Source: a virus. From it: a DNA stretch of 64,000 bases. A model generated the notes under the pieces. That model did not search any database. It was not told the origin of the DNA and saw nothing but the letters and a program-made list of their open reading frames with translations. The position numbers and the translations under genes are program-made. Shown piece by piece: positions 1 to 10,086 of this stretch (the stretch's first letter is position 1; each line of letters begins with the position of its first letter). The stretch spans positions 17,337-81,336 of IMG/VR virus record IMGVR_UViG_3300025266_000004; one strand, written 5' to 3'.

Positions 1-504
1 AACAGATAAAGTTCTATATGGTCTATCCTCTACAACCTTCTCAAGAAAGTTAGGACTTAAAGGAAATCCAGCTCTACCATTAAAATATATTACTTTAATG
101 TGAACTAGAGACTTTTCATATACACCTTCAAAAGCTTTAGCTATCATATCAAAGTACTGTTCCCAGTTCTTAGCTTTAGTACCAATACCTTTCTCAGGAA
201 ATACTGCGAAAGCTTCATAAATATGTTTTACTCTAGTATTAAAACCGTCTGCTTTCGTTTGATACTTAGCATCATCTTCATTAATTAGAAACTCTCTGTG
301 TATGTACTCTTTCCCATCAGTAGCTTTAAAATGAAAGTCTAAAACTTTCGACTCCTCTGAATCTTTGTTTGTAAATATATGTGATTTAACAGACAGTAAG
401 TAAGCCTTTGGAAAAATATATTTACCATCTTCTCCTTTATATGGAGGTTCAATAGGTGTTAAATTTCTTGACTTAGTTTCTGTTGTTATTCCAAAATTAC
501 TCAT
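1..504 (-). CDS. crAss-type SSB-like replication protein (3' end runs off the window)
   Basis: Open frame from ATG at 504 (MSNFGITTETKSRN...) to the window edge; not in the ORF track because it has no stop; sits in the replication cluster downstream of the RecT-like gene. Confidence 0.5.
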   Translation of the reverse strand, partial: MSNFGITTETKSRNLTPIEPPYKGEDGKYIFPKAYLLSVKSHIFTNKDSEESKVLDFHFKATDGKEYIHREFLINEDDAKYQTKADGFNTRVKHIYEAFAVFPEKGIGTKAKNWEQYFDMIAKAFEGVYEKSLVHIKVIYFNGRAGFPLSPNFLEKVVEDRPYRTLSV

Positions 505-552
505 ATTCTTTGTTTTTATATTATTTTTAACTATTATCTAACTACTTTAATG

Positions 553-589
553 TAATAAAGGTGCTATTGTTATTATAGCACCTTTATTA
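553..589. terminator. intrinsic terminator-like hairpin
   Basis: Perfect 14-bp inverted repeat TAATAAAGGTGCTA/TAGCACCTTTATTA just downstream of ORF 607-1050. Confidence 0.7.
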
Positions 590-606
590 TTATACAGAAT
601 CTTTAA

Positions 607-1050
607 TTACTCTGCTCCTTCTTCGTCTGAATCATCAGAACTTACACCTCTCTTAGACTTAGGCTTAATTTCACCTTTAACTAATACGAAATACTTATCT
701 CCTGACTCTTCATCTACTAAAGGATTTTCAACATCTAACGTATATTCATGTAAATTAGTTGGTTCACCTTCTAATTTTCTCCATGCGTTAGTCGAACTGA
801 AATTCAAACTAGCAGATTTACCAGCTAATTTAGAACCATTTCCTGCACCTGTTCCTTTACCAATAATCATACAATCAGCACCTTCTACTTCAGCATTGTG
901 CATTACTACATAATCTTCAGCTGAGACACCCATTAATTCAGCAGCTGCTTGAGATAATCTCATAGTTCCTTCAGTAGGACTAGTAGTTACGCTTGCAACT
1001 GTTGATTTAGGTGCTCTTGTATTCGTGATTTGGCTTTTAATTTTAAACAT
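607..1050 (-). CDS. hypothetical protein with acidic C-terminus, possibly nucleic-acid binding
   Basis: 147-aa ORF ending SSDDSDEEGAE; lies between the RecT-like and SSB-like genes. Confidence 0.6.
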   Translation of the reverse strand: MFKIKSQITNTRAPKSTVASVTTSPTEGTMRLSQAAAELMGVSAEDYVVMHNAEVEGADCMIIGKGTGAGNGSKLAGKSASLNFSSTNAWRKLEGEPTNLHEYTLDVENPLVDEESGDKYFVLVKGEIKPKSKRGVSSDDSDEEGAE

Positions 1051-1079
1051 AATTTTTAATTTTTAATTGTTATACTAAT

Positions 1080-1988
1080 TTACTTTTGTTCTTTATCCAG
1101 TTCGTCTGAATTTTTATTGTTGTGGTCTTCTATGATTACAGCATCTTCTATAACTACTTCTTCAACATCATTGTTTGTTTGTACACTCATTATTGGTGTC
1201 TCTTTTATTTCATACTTGATGTTATGCGAGTCTGTTATTTCTGAGGTTTCATATAAACCATTTAATACATCATCTGCTACGATTCTAAAACCAATAGCCA
1301 TTACTCTATTACGGAGCATTGTTTTTTTATTATTTTTCCAGTTGTCCTTTTCGTGTAAATTTTTAAACTCTGAATAATAATAAGTTAGAGTAGTATCTAA
1401 TATTTGACCATCTCCTAATGTTCTTTTAAAACGAATAGTTGTTTTATAGTCAATTACCTTACCCGAAACCTTAACTCTTAGTTTCTTTTGGTCTGCATCT
1501 TTAGGGTCTATATAAATCTGATGAAGTTCATCATCAAAATCTTCCTTTCTAATTACATTTTTATCTGCTGTTAAGTACCCATAAACAGGTTTGTAATCTT
1601 CTAATATTTCATAATGTACATTAGCCTTAATTGCAAGACTTGTCATAATATGAATACCAGTAGAACTAGAAGTATCTGATATATAATGTAGTTGCTCTAT
1701 TGAAGTAACAGGGTCTAAGCCTAGTGCTTTACCTTTCATTACAGCAAATATAGAGTTCTTGTTCAACTTCTTACCCATCATTAAACCACTAAGAGGATTA
1801 ATTCCTATTTCATGACTTAACATAATAGACGCTATAATATCTTGCGGATTATCATGTGGAATCATCTTTGACTTCGCTAAGTCCTCACTAACTTTCTCCA
1901 ACTGTATTGGAGTCATTTTAGTAAGGTCTAAGCTTGTCAATTCAGTAGTTAGACTGTTTGTAGATTTCTTATTTATTTCTTCTGCCAT
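1080..1988 (-). CDS. RecT/Bet-like ssDNA annealing protein
   Basis: GKALGLDPV...H-I segment and WKNNKKTMLRNRVMAIGFR motif typical of phage RecT-like proteins; acidic tail. Confidence 0.65.
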   Translation of the reverse strand: MAEEINKKSTNSLTTELTSLDLTKMTPIQLEKVSEDLAKSKMIPHDNPQDIIASIMLSHEIGINPLSGLMMGKKLNKNSIFAVMKGKALGLDPVTSIEQLHYISDTSSSTGIHIMTSLAIKANVHYEILEDYKPVYGYLTADKNVIRKEDFDDELHQIYIDPKDADQKKLRVKVSGKVIDYKTTIRFKRTLGDGQILDTTLTYYYSEFKNLHEKDNWKNNKKTMLRNRVMAIGFRIVADDVLNGLYETSEITDSHNIKYEIKETPIMSVQTNNDVEEVVIEDAVIIEDHNNKNSDELDKEQK

Positions 1989-2055
1989 TTTTTTATGATT
2001 TTATAATTAAACAGTAGTGTTTAGTTACTTTTAATTGCCATGTTTAAATCATACT

Positions 2056-2087
2056 CAAATATACGATATATATTTCGTTAAAAAAAA
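2056..2087 (-). promoter_or_regulatory. Bacteroidota sigma70-type promoter
   Basis: Minus strand TTTT-N20-TATATTTG matches the -33 TTTG / -7 TAnnTTTG consensus, upstream of the RecT-like gene. Confidence 0.55.
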
Positions 2088-2094
2088 CTTTATA

Positions 2095-2601
2095 TCACTT
2101 TTTTTGAATATTTTTTTTTAATTTTTCTATCTCATTCCAAAACTGTAGCTTTATAAAATCTGTAATACTTGGTAACCCTATATTCTCCTTTATAGCGTAT
2201 TTAACAAGTCGTTTAATTTTTGTATGCTTCACTTTAGAAAAATCTATTTCCTCAGTATACAGTATCTTAAATTGATACTTATCAATAGATTTTTGTTGTA
2301 TAGGATATATTTCATATATTTCATAAGCACCGTATTTATCTAATAAATACTTATTAAGTTTCTCAGTTGTTACATACTTATTAATCTCTGTAGTACTATT
2401 AGTCACTTTAAGTAAACCTCTAGCTACTAAATCATCTATATTTCTTTGTCCTATTGTCGTATTGTCATTAGAAGGGTATAAACCTATATATCTCCTTAGT
2501 AGACTGAACTTTTTAGTGTGCAAAGTGTACAAATAAAAAAACTGTACTTGTGTTATACCTAAATCTTCTAAAGTATCTACATATTCTTTTAAATTTATCA
2601 T
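2095..2601 (-). CDS. hypothetical protein with a possible winged-helix domain, coupled to the helicase
   Basis: 168-aa ORF overlapping the helicase stop; IDDLVARGLLKV wHTH-like segment. Confidence 0.55.
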   Translation of the reverse strand: MINLKEYVDTLEDLGITQVQFFYLYTLHTKKFSLLRRYIGLYPSNDNTTIGQRNIDDLVARGLLKVTNSTTEINKYVTTEKLNKYLLDKYGAYEIYEIYPIQQKSIDKYQFKILYTEEIDFSKVKHTKIKRLVKYAIKENIGLPSITDFIKLQFWNEIEKLKKNIQKK

Positions 2602-4028
2602 TTTATTTCATATTTTATTTCGTTAATTGTATTTACATTTATTATTTCGTGTATAGAACTGTATTGTCTACTAGTTAACCACTCTTGATCTTTAGTATGT
2701 TTAAAATATATGTTAATAAGTAGTGCTTTTTCATACTTACCGTCTTTATTAACCCTTTTAACTCTTCCGCCTCTTTGTTTATACTGTATAGGATTCGATG
2801 TACCACTAGTAGTAAGACCTAAATCAATATCATTTTCATCAAAACCTCTATCTAATGCACTTGCTGTACACATAATTCGAGCTACATTACTTCTAAACAA
2901 TTCAATAGCTCTTTTCTTTAGTCTAGTTATTCCATGTTTAGATACTTTACCAGTCTTAAGATTAGGTAACATCTGAGTTTGTAGATTACTATGATAAGCA
3001 ACACTCACAAGCTCATCTATTTCATCTTTCAGTTTGTCACAAAGTTCATCAGCGAAATCAGTTGATTGACTAAAACAAATAGTCTTCAAAGTATTAAACT
3101 TTTTAAGTACTTCTACAGCACAATCTAGCTTAGTATTAGAATTATATAACAACTCCTTTCTTTTCCTAGTATAAGCCATCAAAGACTTAGCGTACATAAT
3201 GATTGCAAAAGGACTCCAATTCTTATTTATTTCGTTATTCTCAGGAGTAGATGGTAAATTAGGTTTCCACCCGTTAGCTTCAGCCCACTTTCTACACCAT
3301 TCCATATTACGAAGTTCAACACCTCTTTCGTCCTTACCACCACCTAGACATTTAGTACTTAATGAAAATCCTTGGTCACCAAACATTTGAAGTAGTTCTG
3401 TAATAGATTCAGAATAGTGTTCATACTGTTTTCTTTCATCAGGCTTTAAATCAATTCCTAAATTGTATTCAATAAAGTTTGAAAGCCACCCTTCCTCAAT
3501 AGCTTCTTCTTCTGTTATATAATCAACAACAGGACAATACACATCAAGTATATCACTAACTTCCTTTCTATCTTTATATGTAGCAGTTAGTCCAAGTAGA
3601 AATTTAGTCATAACAATATCACCTCTTAATAAAGCTTGTCGGTCTTCATTGACGTACTCATGTATCTCATCGAGGATAGACATATAACAACTTACTCTTT
3701 CCAATGCACCCATAACTGTATTAATAACACGAATCTTGAAGTATTTTTCAAGTACTGCTTTACTATCAAAATAATCTAGTATTTTGTCTTCCCATTGTTC
3801 TTTCATAGGAACACTAGGTACAGTAATATGAAAAGTATAATCAAAATCATGCTCTATATTAGCTTCAATAATATTACTACATATTAATAAAGTAGTAAAC
3901 GTCTTACCAAAACCAGTAGGATATACAAGTGTACCGTGTCCATTCTTAATACTACCTTGTATCTTACTTGTCTTCCACTTCTGTCCACCTTGTACTTGTC
4001 GAGAAAATTTATCATCGTCTATCTTCAT
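2598..4028 (-). CDS. superfamily 2 (DExH) helicase
   Basis: Walker A PTGFGKT, DEIH, GLTAT, ALDRGFD and QRGGRVKR motifs. Confidence 0.9.
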   Translation of the reverse strand: MKIDDDKFSRQVQGGQKWKTSKIQGSIKNGHGTLVYPTGFGKTFTTLLICSNIIEANIEHDFDYTFHITVPSVPMKEQWEDKILDYFDSKAVLEKYFKIRVINTVMGALERVSCYMSILDEIHEYVNEDRQALLRGDIVMTKFLLGLTATYKDRKEVSDILDVYCPVVDYITEEEAIEEGWLSNFIEYNLGIDLKPDERKQYEHYSESITELLQMFGDQGFSLSTKCLGGGKDERGVELRNMEWCRKWAEANGWKPNLPSTPENNEINKNWSPFAIIMYAKSLMAYTRKRKELLYNSNTKLDCAVEVLKKFNTLKTICFSQSTDFADELCDKLKDEIDELVSVAYHSNLQTQMLPNLKTGKVSKHGITRLKKRAIELFRSNVARIMCTASALDRGFDENDIDLGLTTSGTSNPIQYKQRGGRVKRVNKDGKYEKALLINIYFKHTKDQEWLTSRQYSSIHEIINVNTINEIKYEIK

Positions 4029-4031
4029 ATA

Positions 4032-4325
4032 TTAAGCTTTTTTAAAATGGTGTGAAACAAACGGTTGTGTAGGGTATTCTTTCAAATATACAACACCACA
4101 ATTCATATCACTTAAATCGGCATTAACAAACTCTAATACATTATATGTTTTATCTTCTTTTATATTGTCGTATAAATCAGAATATAAATTTATTATATTA
4201 ACTTTGTCTTTAGCTTTAAATTCAGTATTCGGTATTTCTATTGGTTCTCTTCTTTTCAGAGGAGGATTTTTATATCCTTTAGCAGGTGGTTTTTTAATCT
4301 TTAATTTTATTTTTATTTTAGTCAT
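4032..4325 (-). CDS. hypothetical protein
   Basis: 97-aa ORF with ATGA coupling to the upstream gene. Confidence 0.6.
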   Translation of the reverse strand: MTKIKIKLKIKKPPAKGYKNPPLKRREPIEIPNTEFKAKDKVNIINLYSDLYDNIKEDKTYNVLEFVNADLSDMNCGVVYLKEYPTQPFVSHHFKKA

Positions 4326-5014
4326 AATTTTATTATATTATACTGTAGTCCGACACCAATGTAAATCTTAGGTGTAAAATCACTTGTTATACCGTAACTT
4401 ACATTCGGTCCAATACCAATCTTTTTATCTTTAAGTTTGATTCTATATGTTCTTGTATCTTTTACAGAACTATAAGGATTGTAATTAGTCACTTTAGCAT
4501 ATGGTAAACTCTTAAATAAAGAGATTTTCTCTCTACCTATTACTACACTATATTTATTCTTAACTTTGAAATTCAATAATGTACTATCTTTAGTAGCTAC
4601 TATATTATAATCAACCCATTTGTCATTGTATAAAGTTGTATATACAGCGTTAGAGTCTTTGTAAAATACATTAGTTACAGAAGACTTGTCTATATTAGTT
4701 TCACCTTCAAATACTGTAGCAGAACCACCTCTCTTAATTTCCTTCTTAAAATCATTCACTGTGTTCTGTAATTCTAGTATTAAAGAATCAGTTGTTTTAA
4801 ATCTTAGAAAGTTATTAATATCAGTAGTCTCTATAGCTTCTCTTTTAGTCACCTCTCTGTTGTATTTGTCTCTATACCGTGATATTTCACTATTAACGGC
4901 TGATACAACATTCGACATATCATTATATCTACTTGTTTTAACAGACAATAAGATATACAAAAGAATACTAACTACAGTACCTAAAATAGCTACATATTTA
5001 TATATTTTTTCCAT
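4322..5014 (-). CDS. putative spanin-like membrane protein
   Basis: N-terminal TM helix, coiled coil, and a C-terminal amphipathic beta-hairpin (IGIGPNVSYG...YIGVGLQYNI) of a type common in Bacteroidota phages. Confidence 0.5.
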   Translation of the reverse strand: MEKIYKYVAILGTVVSILLYILLSVKTSRYNDMSNVVSAVNSEISRYRDKYNREVTKREAIETTDINNFLRFKTTDSLILELQNTVNDFKKEIKRGGSATVFEGETNIDKSSVTNVFYKDSNAVYTTLYNDKWVDYNIVATKDSTLLNFKVKNKYSVVIGREKISLFKSLPYAKVTNYNPYSSVKDTRTYRIKLKDKKIGIGPNVSYGITSDFTPKIYIGVGLQYNIIKL

Positions 5015-5064
5015 AGTGGTTTCGTGGTTTTGTGGTTTTACAAATTGGTTCTTCTACGGTATTA

Positions 5065-7314
5065 TTACTTAGTCCAAGTGTCTTTCACTTCGTAGTCTGC
5101 GCCCATCTTAAAATTATGTAAATATCTATTAGAAACTTCACACATTTTATCAGCTATATATTGAGGGAAGAATTCATACTTCTTTGTGTCCTTAAAATCA
5201 TATATCAATTCATCATGTACTTGTCCTAACATATTACAATCCCAGTTATTCTTATCAATATCAGCTTGTATCTCTACCATTGCCTCTTTTAACATATCTG
5301 CCTGAGTTCCACTAATAGGAATATTTCGAGCCTGTCCATCGACTGCTATCTTATCCATAAAGTCTAACTCATAATTATACTTTTTAGCATCCAAAACTTT
5401 AGGAAACCAAATCCTAGAATTAGTTCTTCTATTAAGTACTAAGTAACCTTTATCTAAAGCTCTATTAACATTATTCTCAACCATTCTAAATGTGTCAGGT
5501 ATTTCAGATTTAATTGAAGCTATATAAATAGCACCTTCAAATTTAGGTATATTAAGAGTTTTTCCAGCTTTTTTATCATGACAACCGTAAACACTACCAA
5601 AAGTCAAGTTTTTACATGGTTTTCTATGTGATTTATTGTTGACTTTTTTGGATACTTCGAAATTCTTTGCTTTATCTAACAAATCCTTAATCATATCTCT
5701 ATTTTCAACAGTCTTTTGTAACTTTCCTGTCTCCCAGTCACTTTTTGCTTTCTTAAATCTATCGTGATATATCTTTTTCCACCCAGCCATAGCCATATGA
5801 GAGTGTATATCTTTACTAGACAACTCAAGTAGACGTGCATCTTGTGCTTTACTAGCCATTACAGTAATTTCTGCACCACTTAAATCACAAGTTATAACTT
5901 TATACCCTTCATCTGTACCAAAACATTCTCTTAAATCTATTTTAGCAGGTACATTTTGATTATTAAACTTGTCAGGTTCACTTCTACCACCTCCTGAATT
6001 AAGTCTACTATTAGCAGTAAAACACTGTCCAAAAGAAGTATGTAATTTACCAGTTATAGGATTAATCTTTTCAAGGTAATTCTCACCAAAGTTATTAATC
6101 TCTGTTTGAGCACCTTTATAAGTAGACAGTAGACCTAAGAAACCAGCCATAGGAGTATCAAAATTGGTAATCAAAAAAGCTTCTAACTCTTTAGAATTAG
6201 TAGTAAATTCATCACCTGATATCCTCTTAACTATCTTACCTTTAGTATTAATTGAAGGCACAGCATAATTACTTTTTTTAGTAGGTAGTGTTTGACCTAA
6301 TCTACTAAAGATTTCAACTATTTGTGTAGAACTACCGTAATTGATATTACCAACATTCTGTTTAGGTTTACTAGCAATACCAGTTAAAGCTTTTAAACTA
6401 ACAGGTTCACCAAATAGCCCTACATTGACTTGTGAAATAGGTTTATTTCTAACTCTATCAAACTTACCACCAACCATAAACAACCTCTCATTAGTACCTT
6501 TCAGTAAAGTATCTCTTAAAGTTCTTACAGTTTTATCTAGTTCACATTGTGTTTCATATACGATTTCTTTGTTCTTATTAATGTTCTCAGTCCACTTCTC
6601 TTTATTCAGTATATAACCTCTTAATTCAGCTAATCCTAAAACTCTTGACAAAGGAAACTCAATACCATCTAATAAAAAGTGCATATCATGTTTATCAATG
6701 AACACCATTTGAGCAAGTCTTAACTTGAATAAAGGAGCAATATCACCAGCAGCATATTCAATCTGATCATTAGTAAAAGAAAACCTGTCCTTATTACCAC
6801 CTACAAACTGCATACGAACATCTTTATCCATAGCTTCAGGTTTCTCTCTAAGTCTACGCATTAAAACATTATCTAATCTAGCACTTAAACCCATATTTTG
6901 TACAAGTCTTTGTTCAGCTAACATAGTATCATATATAATCTTGAAGTCTATATTCCAGTGTTGCTTAGACATCTTATAATCAAACTTAAGATTATGACCA
7001 AGAAGACAAACTTCGTCTTTATAATCATCTAATCTATCTGTTACATAAGCTCTTATAAAACTATCTGTACAGTCAATTATAAACTGATGTTCTTCATTAC
7101 CAAGAATAATCAATAAAGGATGACTCTTATAAGCATCTAAACCAGTAGTCTCTAAATCATACCCTAATAAAGGTTTACCATTGTGTTTGTGTTTTGCATT
7201 TATTATTAAATCATCTAAAAAATCATCCAAGATGTTTAAGTCTTTGGATGATTTTAAAGCGATAACTTCACTACTTTTTACAGTCTTGTTTTTATCTGAG
7301 TAGAAATATATCAT
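5065..7314 (-). CDS. polA: DNA polymerase family A with 3'-5' exonuclease domain
   Basis: Exonuclease motifs DLETTG, GHNLKFD, YAAGD; polymerase motifs A (DLSGAE), B (RKPCKNLTFGSVYG) and C (VHDE). Confidence 0.95.
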   Translation of the reverse strand: MIYFYSDKNKTVKSSEVIALKSSKDLNILDDFLDDLIINAKHKHNGKPLLGYDLETTGLDAYKSHPLLIILGNEEHQFIIDCTDSFIRAYVTDRLDDYKDEVCLLGHNLKFDYKMSKQHWNIDFKIIYDTMLAEQRLVQNMGLSARLDNVLMRRLREKPEAMDKDVRMQFVGGNKDRFSFTNDQIEYAAGDIAPLFKLRLAQMVFIDKHDMHFLLDGIEFPLSRVLGLAELRGYILNKEKWTENINKNKEIVYETQCELDKTVRTLRDTLLKGTNERLFMVGGKFDRVRNKPISQVNVGLFGEPVSLKALTGIASKPKQNVGNINYGSSTQIVEIFSRLGQTLPTKKSNYAVPSINTKGKIVKRISGDEFTTNSKELEAFLITNFDTPMAGFLGLLSTYKGAQTEINNFGENYLEKINPITGKLHTSFGQCFTANSRLNSGGGRSEPDKFNNQNVPAKIDLRECFGTDEGYKVITCDLSGAEITVMASKAQDARLLELSSKDIHSHMAMAGWKKIYHDRFKKAKSDWETGKLQKTVENRDMIKDLLDKAKNFEVSKKVNNKSHRKPCKNLTFGSVYGCHDKKAGKTLNIPKFEGAIYIASIKSEIPDTFRMVENNVNRALDKGYLVLNRRTNSRIWFPKVLDAKKYNYELDFMDKIAVDGQARNIPISGTQADMLKEAMVEIQADIDKNNWDCNMLGQVHDELIYDFKDTKKYEFFPQYIADKMCEVSNRYLHNFKMGADYEVKDTWTK

Positions 7315-7823
7315 TTTACATTTTTTAAATTAATAGAGTCTTTAGCAAAAATTACATAATTACTCCAATGTTTAATTATTTTTGTATCTTTTGGTAAATC
7401 ATAAGATAATTGTATAAATAAAGCATCTTCTAAAGCACCTTCATAAGAGTCCCATACTCCACCTAAATTAGGACCACAATGAACACTCCATCCTAAATTA
7501 GTGCCACCATCATGCTTACACATAGCCCAATAATAACCACTTGCGTTTCTATGTATCTCAATGTGTACACCTCTAGTCTCTCTAATGTATCTTTGTAAAA
7601 GTGATTGTGTAGGAGCTGTATAATAATTACTACATAAATGTTTATAATTGTGATTTTCAAACAAATCTTCTAAATCTACTCTAAAATCTACATCTGTACT
7701 ACTACCGTTTTCTAAGTAAGGTTCAAGTAATTTTCCATCTTTATAGTAATGTAAACATTCTATTTCAAACCCTTTTTCTTTAGCTAATTTAGCTGTCTTG
7801 AAACTAATTAATTCATCTTTCAT
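7311..7823 (-). CDS. conserved Bacteroidota-phage hypothetical protein
   Basis: SFKTAKLAKEKGF...APTQSLLQRYIRE motif recurrent in Bacteroidota phages. Confidence 0.65.
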   Translation of the reverse strand: MKDELISFKTAKLAKEKGFEIECLHYYKDGKLLEPYLENGSSTDVDFRVDLEDLFENHNYKHLCSNYYTAPTQSLLQRYIRETRGVHIEIHRNASGYYWAMCKHDGGTNLGWSVHCGPNLGGVWDSYEGALEDALFIQLSYDLPKDTKIIKHWSNYVIFAKDSINLKNVK

Positions 7824-8188
7824 TTTGTCTGTTTTAGTTTATCAATATATAAAGGATCTTCCGCATACCCGCGGTCAACTAAAAATGTATAGTAATCACC
7901 ACCTTTAAAGTGTCTCTTTTGCCATCTTGAATAATAGTCTACACTATCTTTCCAGTTATCAAACTTAATATACTGTTTCTTATAGTAGAATCCGAAAATA
8001 TTATTAACGTCTCTACTACAATTTACACACTTTAAATGACCTGTCTCTAATAGTATCTGCTTTAGTACTATATCCTTATGTTCAATTGTCGTACTATTCA
8101 AGTATTTTTCTACACTATCGCGGTTTTGCGAATAGCCTGTAATAGAAAGAATTGTGGTTGTCGACATTAATAATATTATCTTTTTCAT
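7820..8188 (-). CDS. secreted GH73 glucosaminidase-like peptidoglycan hydrolase
   Basis: Signal-peptide-like N-terminus; QILLETG catalytic Glu, NNIFG and GYAEDPLY motifs. Confidence 0.8.
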   Translation of the reverse strand: MKKIILLMSTTTILSITGYSQNRDSVEKYLNSTTIEHKDIVLKQILLETGHLKCVNCSRDVNNIFGFYYKKQYIKFDNWKDSVDYYSRWQKRHFKGGDYYTFLVDRGYAEDPLYIDKLKQTK

Positions 8189-8192
8189 ATTG

Positions 8193-8426
8193 TTATTTGT
8201 TATTTTTATAGAATATTGTATTAGTATTAGTAACTTCTATTTCTAATCCTTCTATAAAGAACCAATTATCTTTTGTTCTTACTATTTTAGTTACTCCTTT
8301 TTTACCAACTTCATAATCATCATACCAATCTTGGTAACCATCTTGTAGATTACCATTTTGATGCCAATTTGTTATTAATCTGATAATTTCTTTATTCTCT
8401 ATAATTTCTTCATAATCTTCATCCAT
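8193..8426 (-). CDS. hypothetical protein
   Basis: 77-aa ORF in a tightly packed operon. Confidence 0.6.
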   Translation of the reverse strand: MDEDYEEIIENKEIIRLITNWHQNGNLQDGYQDWYDDYEVGKKGVTKIVRTKDNWFFIEGLEIEVTNTNTIFYKNNK

Positions 8427-8428
8427 AA

Positions 8429-8656
8429 TTATACCATTTCAAATTTATACACTTTTCTTTCTCCTGCAATAGCTTGTGCAAGTTGTTTACAATTAGCATG
8501 ACTAGGGTTAAATTGACTACTTGGTGTAACTACTTGTTTCTCTTTACAATCACCTTGAATATCTAATTCTCCTAAATAGATAACTAACTTAGTACCACCA
8601 CTAGTCTTAGTTTTAACTTCATTCTCACTTGTTACTCCTTTTATTGTTTCTAACAT
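8429..8656 (-). CDS. hypothetical protein
   Basis: 75-aa ORF with an A-rich leader. Confidence 0.6.
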   Translation of the reverse strand: MLETIKGVTSENEVKTKTSGGTKLVIYLGELDIQGDCKEKQVVTPSSQFNPSHANCKQLAQAIAGERKVYKFEMV

Positions 8657-8670
8657 TTTATTTGTTTTTA

Positions 8671-10086
8671 TTATATAAATATATTTGCTTGTTTACTTGC
8701 TCTCGATAGAGCTACATACCATAATCTTAATCTGTCGTCTCTCTTTTTACATTTATTTAAGTTTTTACCATTAATAACTACATTTTTAAATGTACTTCCT
8801 TGAGTTTTATGTACAGTACAACAGTATCCATAATCTAAGTCCTTTTTAACTACTAGAATACCATCTTTTGTAATATCCGACATCACTAAATTGTCGTTCT
8901 TAAACTCGTAGTACTGTTTCCATGCTCTACTATTCTGTTTAGCTTCATTCAATTTCTCTATATGAAGCTCTGTAAATAGCTTATGTCCTCCAGGTGCTAC
9001 AATAAATATCTGTATATCCTTTCCTTTAGCTGGAATTAGAACAAGTTGATAACCTTTAATACCATACTTATTGATTTTAGGTGCATAAGTCTTAATAGTA
9101 TACTCTTCACTGTTGATTAAAGATAAATTTCCACTCTTATTTATGATACCTTTATAAGCCATTAGTAAATCATCATGTGTAACAATCAGTTTAGGATTAG
9201 TGAATATAATATTCCTAATGAAATCATTCCAATCGTTAACATTCTTATTTGTCCATCCTATATACTTAACAAACTCCTTATCATCATCATAAGCAGGTGA
9301 ATCTCTAAATAAATCAGTTATTGTACCTTCTAATTTTTTCTTATCATTAGTAATAATGTAACCTTCACCTTTATTATTAATATCTTCATTAGGTTTTGAT
9401 AAATCTATAATAGACTTATTAGTACCATTAATAATATCATTCCTAACTTTAGCTATCAACTCAAGTAGAGGGTTGCCTTTCTCTTGCCTAACAATCTCTG
9501 TCAGTACTTCAAGATTCTTTACTTTAGTAAAAGTAGAACTCATACTCTCATTAATAGGAGGTAGTTGGTAAGGATCACCTACATATAGTATTTTAACATT
9601 CCAAAACTGTGCCCTTGTCCTTGTCAATCTATCAAGTTCATAGTTTACCATTGAACATTCATCAATAATAATCAATTTATAATCTTGAATAAGCTCCTCA
9701 GCAAGTTGTGCAAAAACAGGCATATTAATATTATACTTGTCTAGCTCAACATTAGGTCTTAAACCTAGTAAGGATTGTAATGTTCTACCAGCTGTCTTAG
9801 TCTTTACAGATATTACTTTCTTAGCTTTGTGAGTAGGTGCTGTAACACATATATTACCTTTATTGTAGTACTTATACTTCTTAATAACTTCTTGTATATA
9901 TGAATCTACTAAGGTTGTTTTACCTGTACCTGCAAAACCTTGTAAAGTAAATACTACACTAGTATTATCTTTGTCAGACCATTCAATCATCTTTTTAAGT
10001 ACATCTTGTTGTGATGTTGTTAATGGTATTCCGTCTCTTGTTATGTATGTCTCTACTTCATTGTTAATTGTGTCTTTAATTTTCAT
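8671..10086 (-). CDS. superfamily 1B (Dda/RecD-like) DNA helicase
   Basis: GFAGTGKT, APTHKA, IIDECSM, GDPYQL, EIVRQ, TVHKTQGSTF and YVALSRA motifs. Confidence 0.93.
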   Translation of the reverse strand: MKIKDTINNEVETYITRDGIPLTTSQQDVLKKMIEWSDKDNTSVVFTLQGFAGTGKTTLVDSYIQEVIKKYKYYNKGNICVTAPTHKAKKVISVKTKTAGRTLQSLLGLRPNVELDKYNINMPVFAQLAEELIQDYKLIIIDECSMVNYELDRLTRTRAQFWNVKILYVGDPYQLPPINESMSSTFTKVKNLEVLTEIVRQEKGNPLLELIAKVRNDIINGTNKSIIDLSKPNEDINNKGEGYIITNDKKKLEGTITDLFRDSPAYDDDKEFVKYIGWTNKNVNDWNDFIRNIIFTNPKLIVTHDDLLMAYKGIINKSGNLSLINSEEYTIKTYAPKINKYGIKGYQLVLIPAKGKDIQIFIVAPGGHKLFTELHIEKLNEAKQNSRAWKQYYEFKNDNLVMSDITKDGILVVKKDLDYGYCCTVHKTQGSTFKNVVINGKNLNKCKKRDDRLRLWYVALSRASKQANIFI

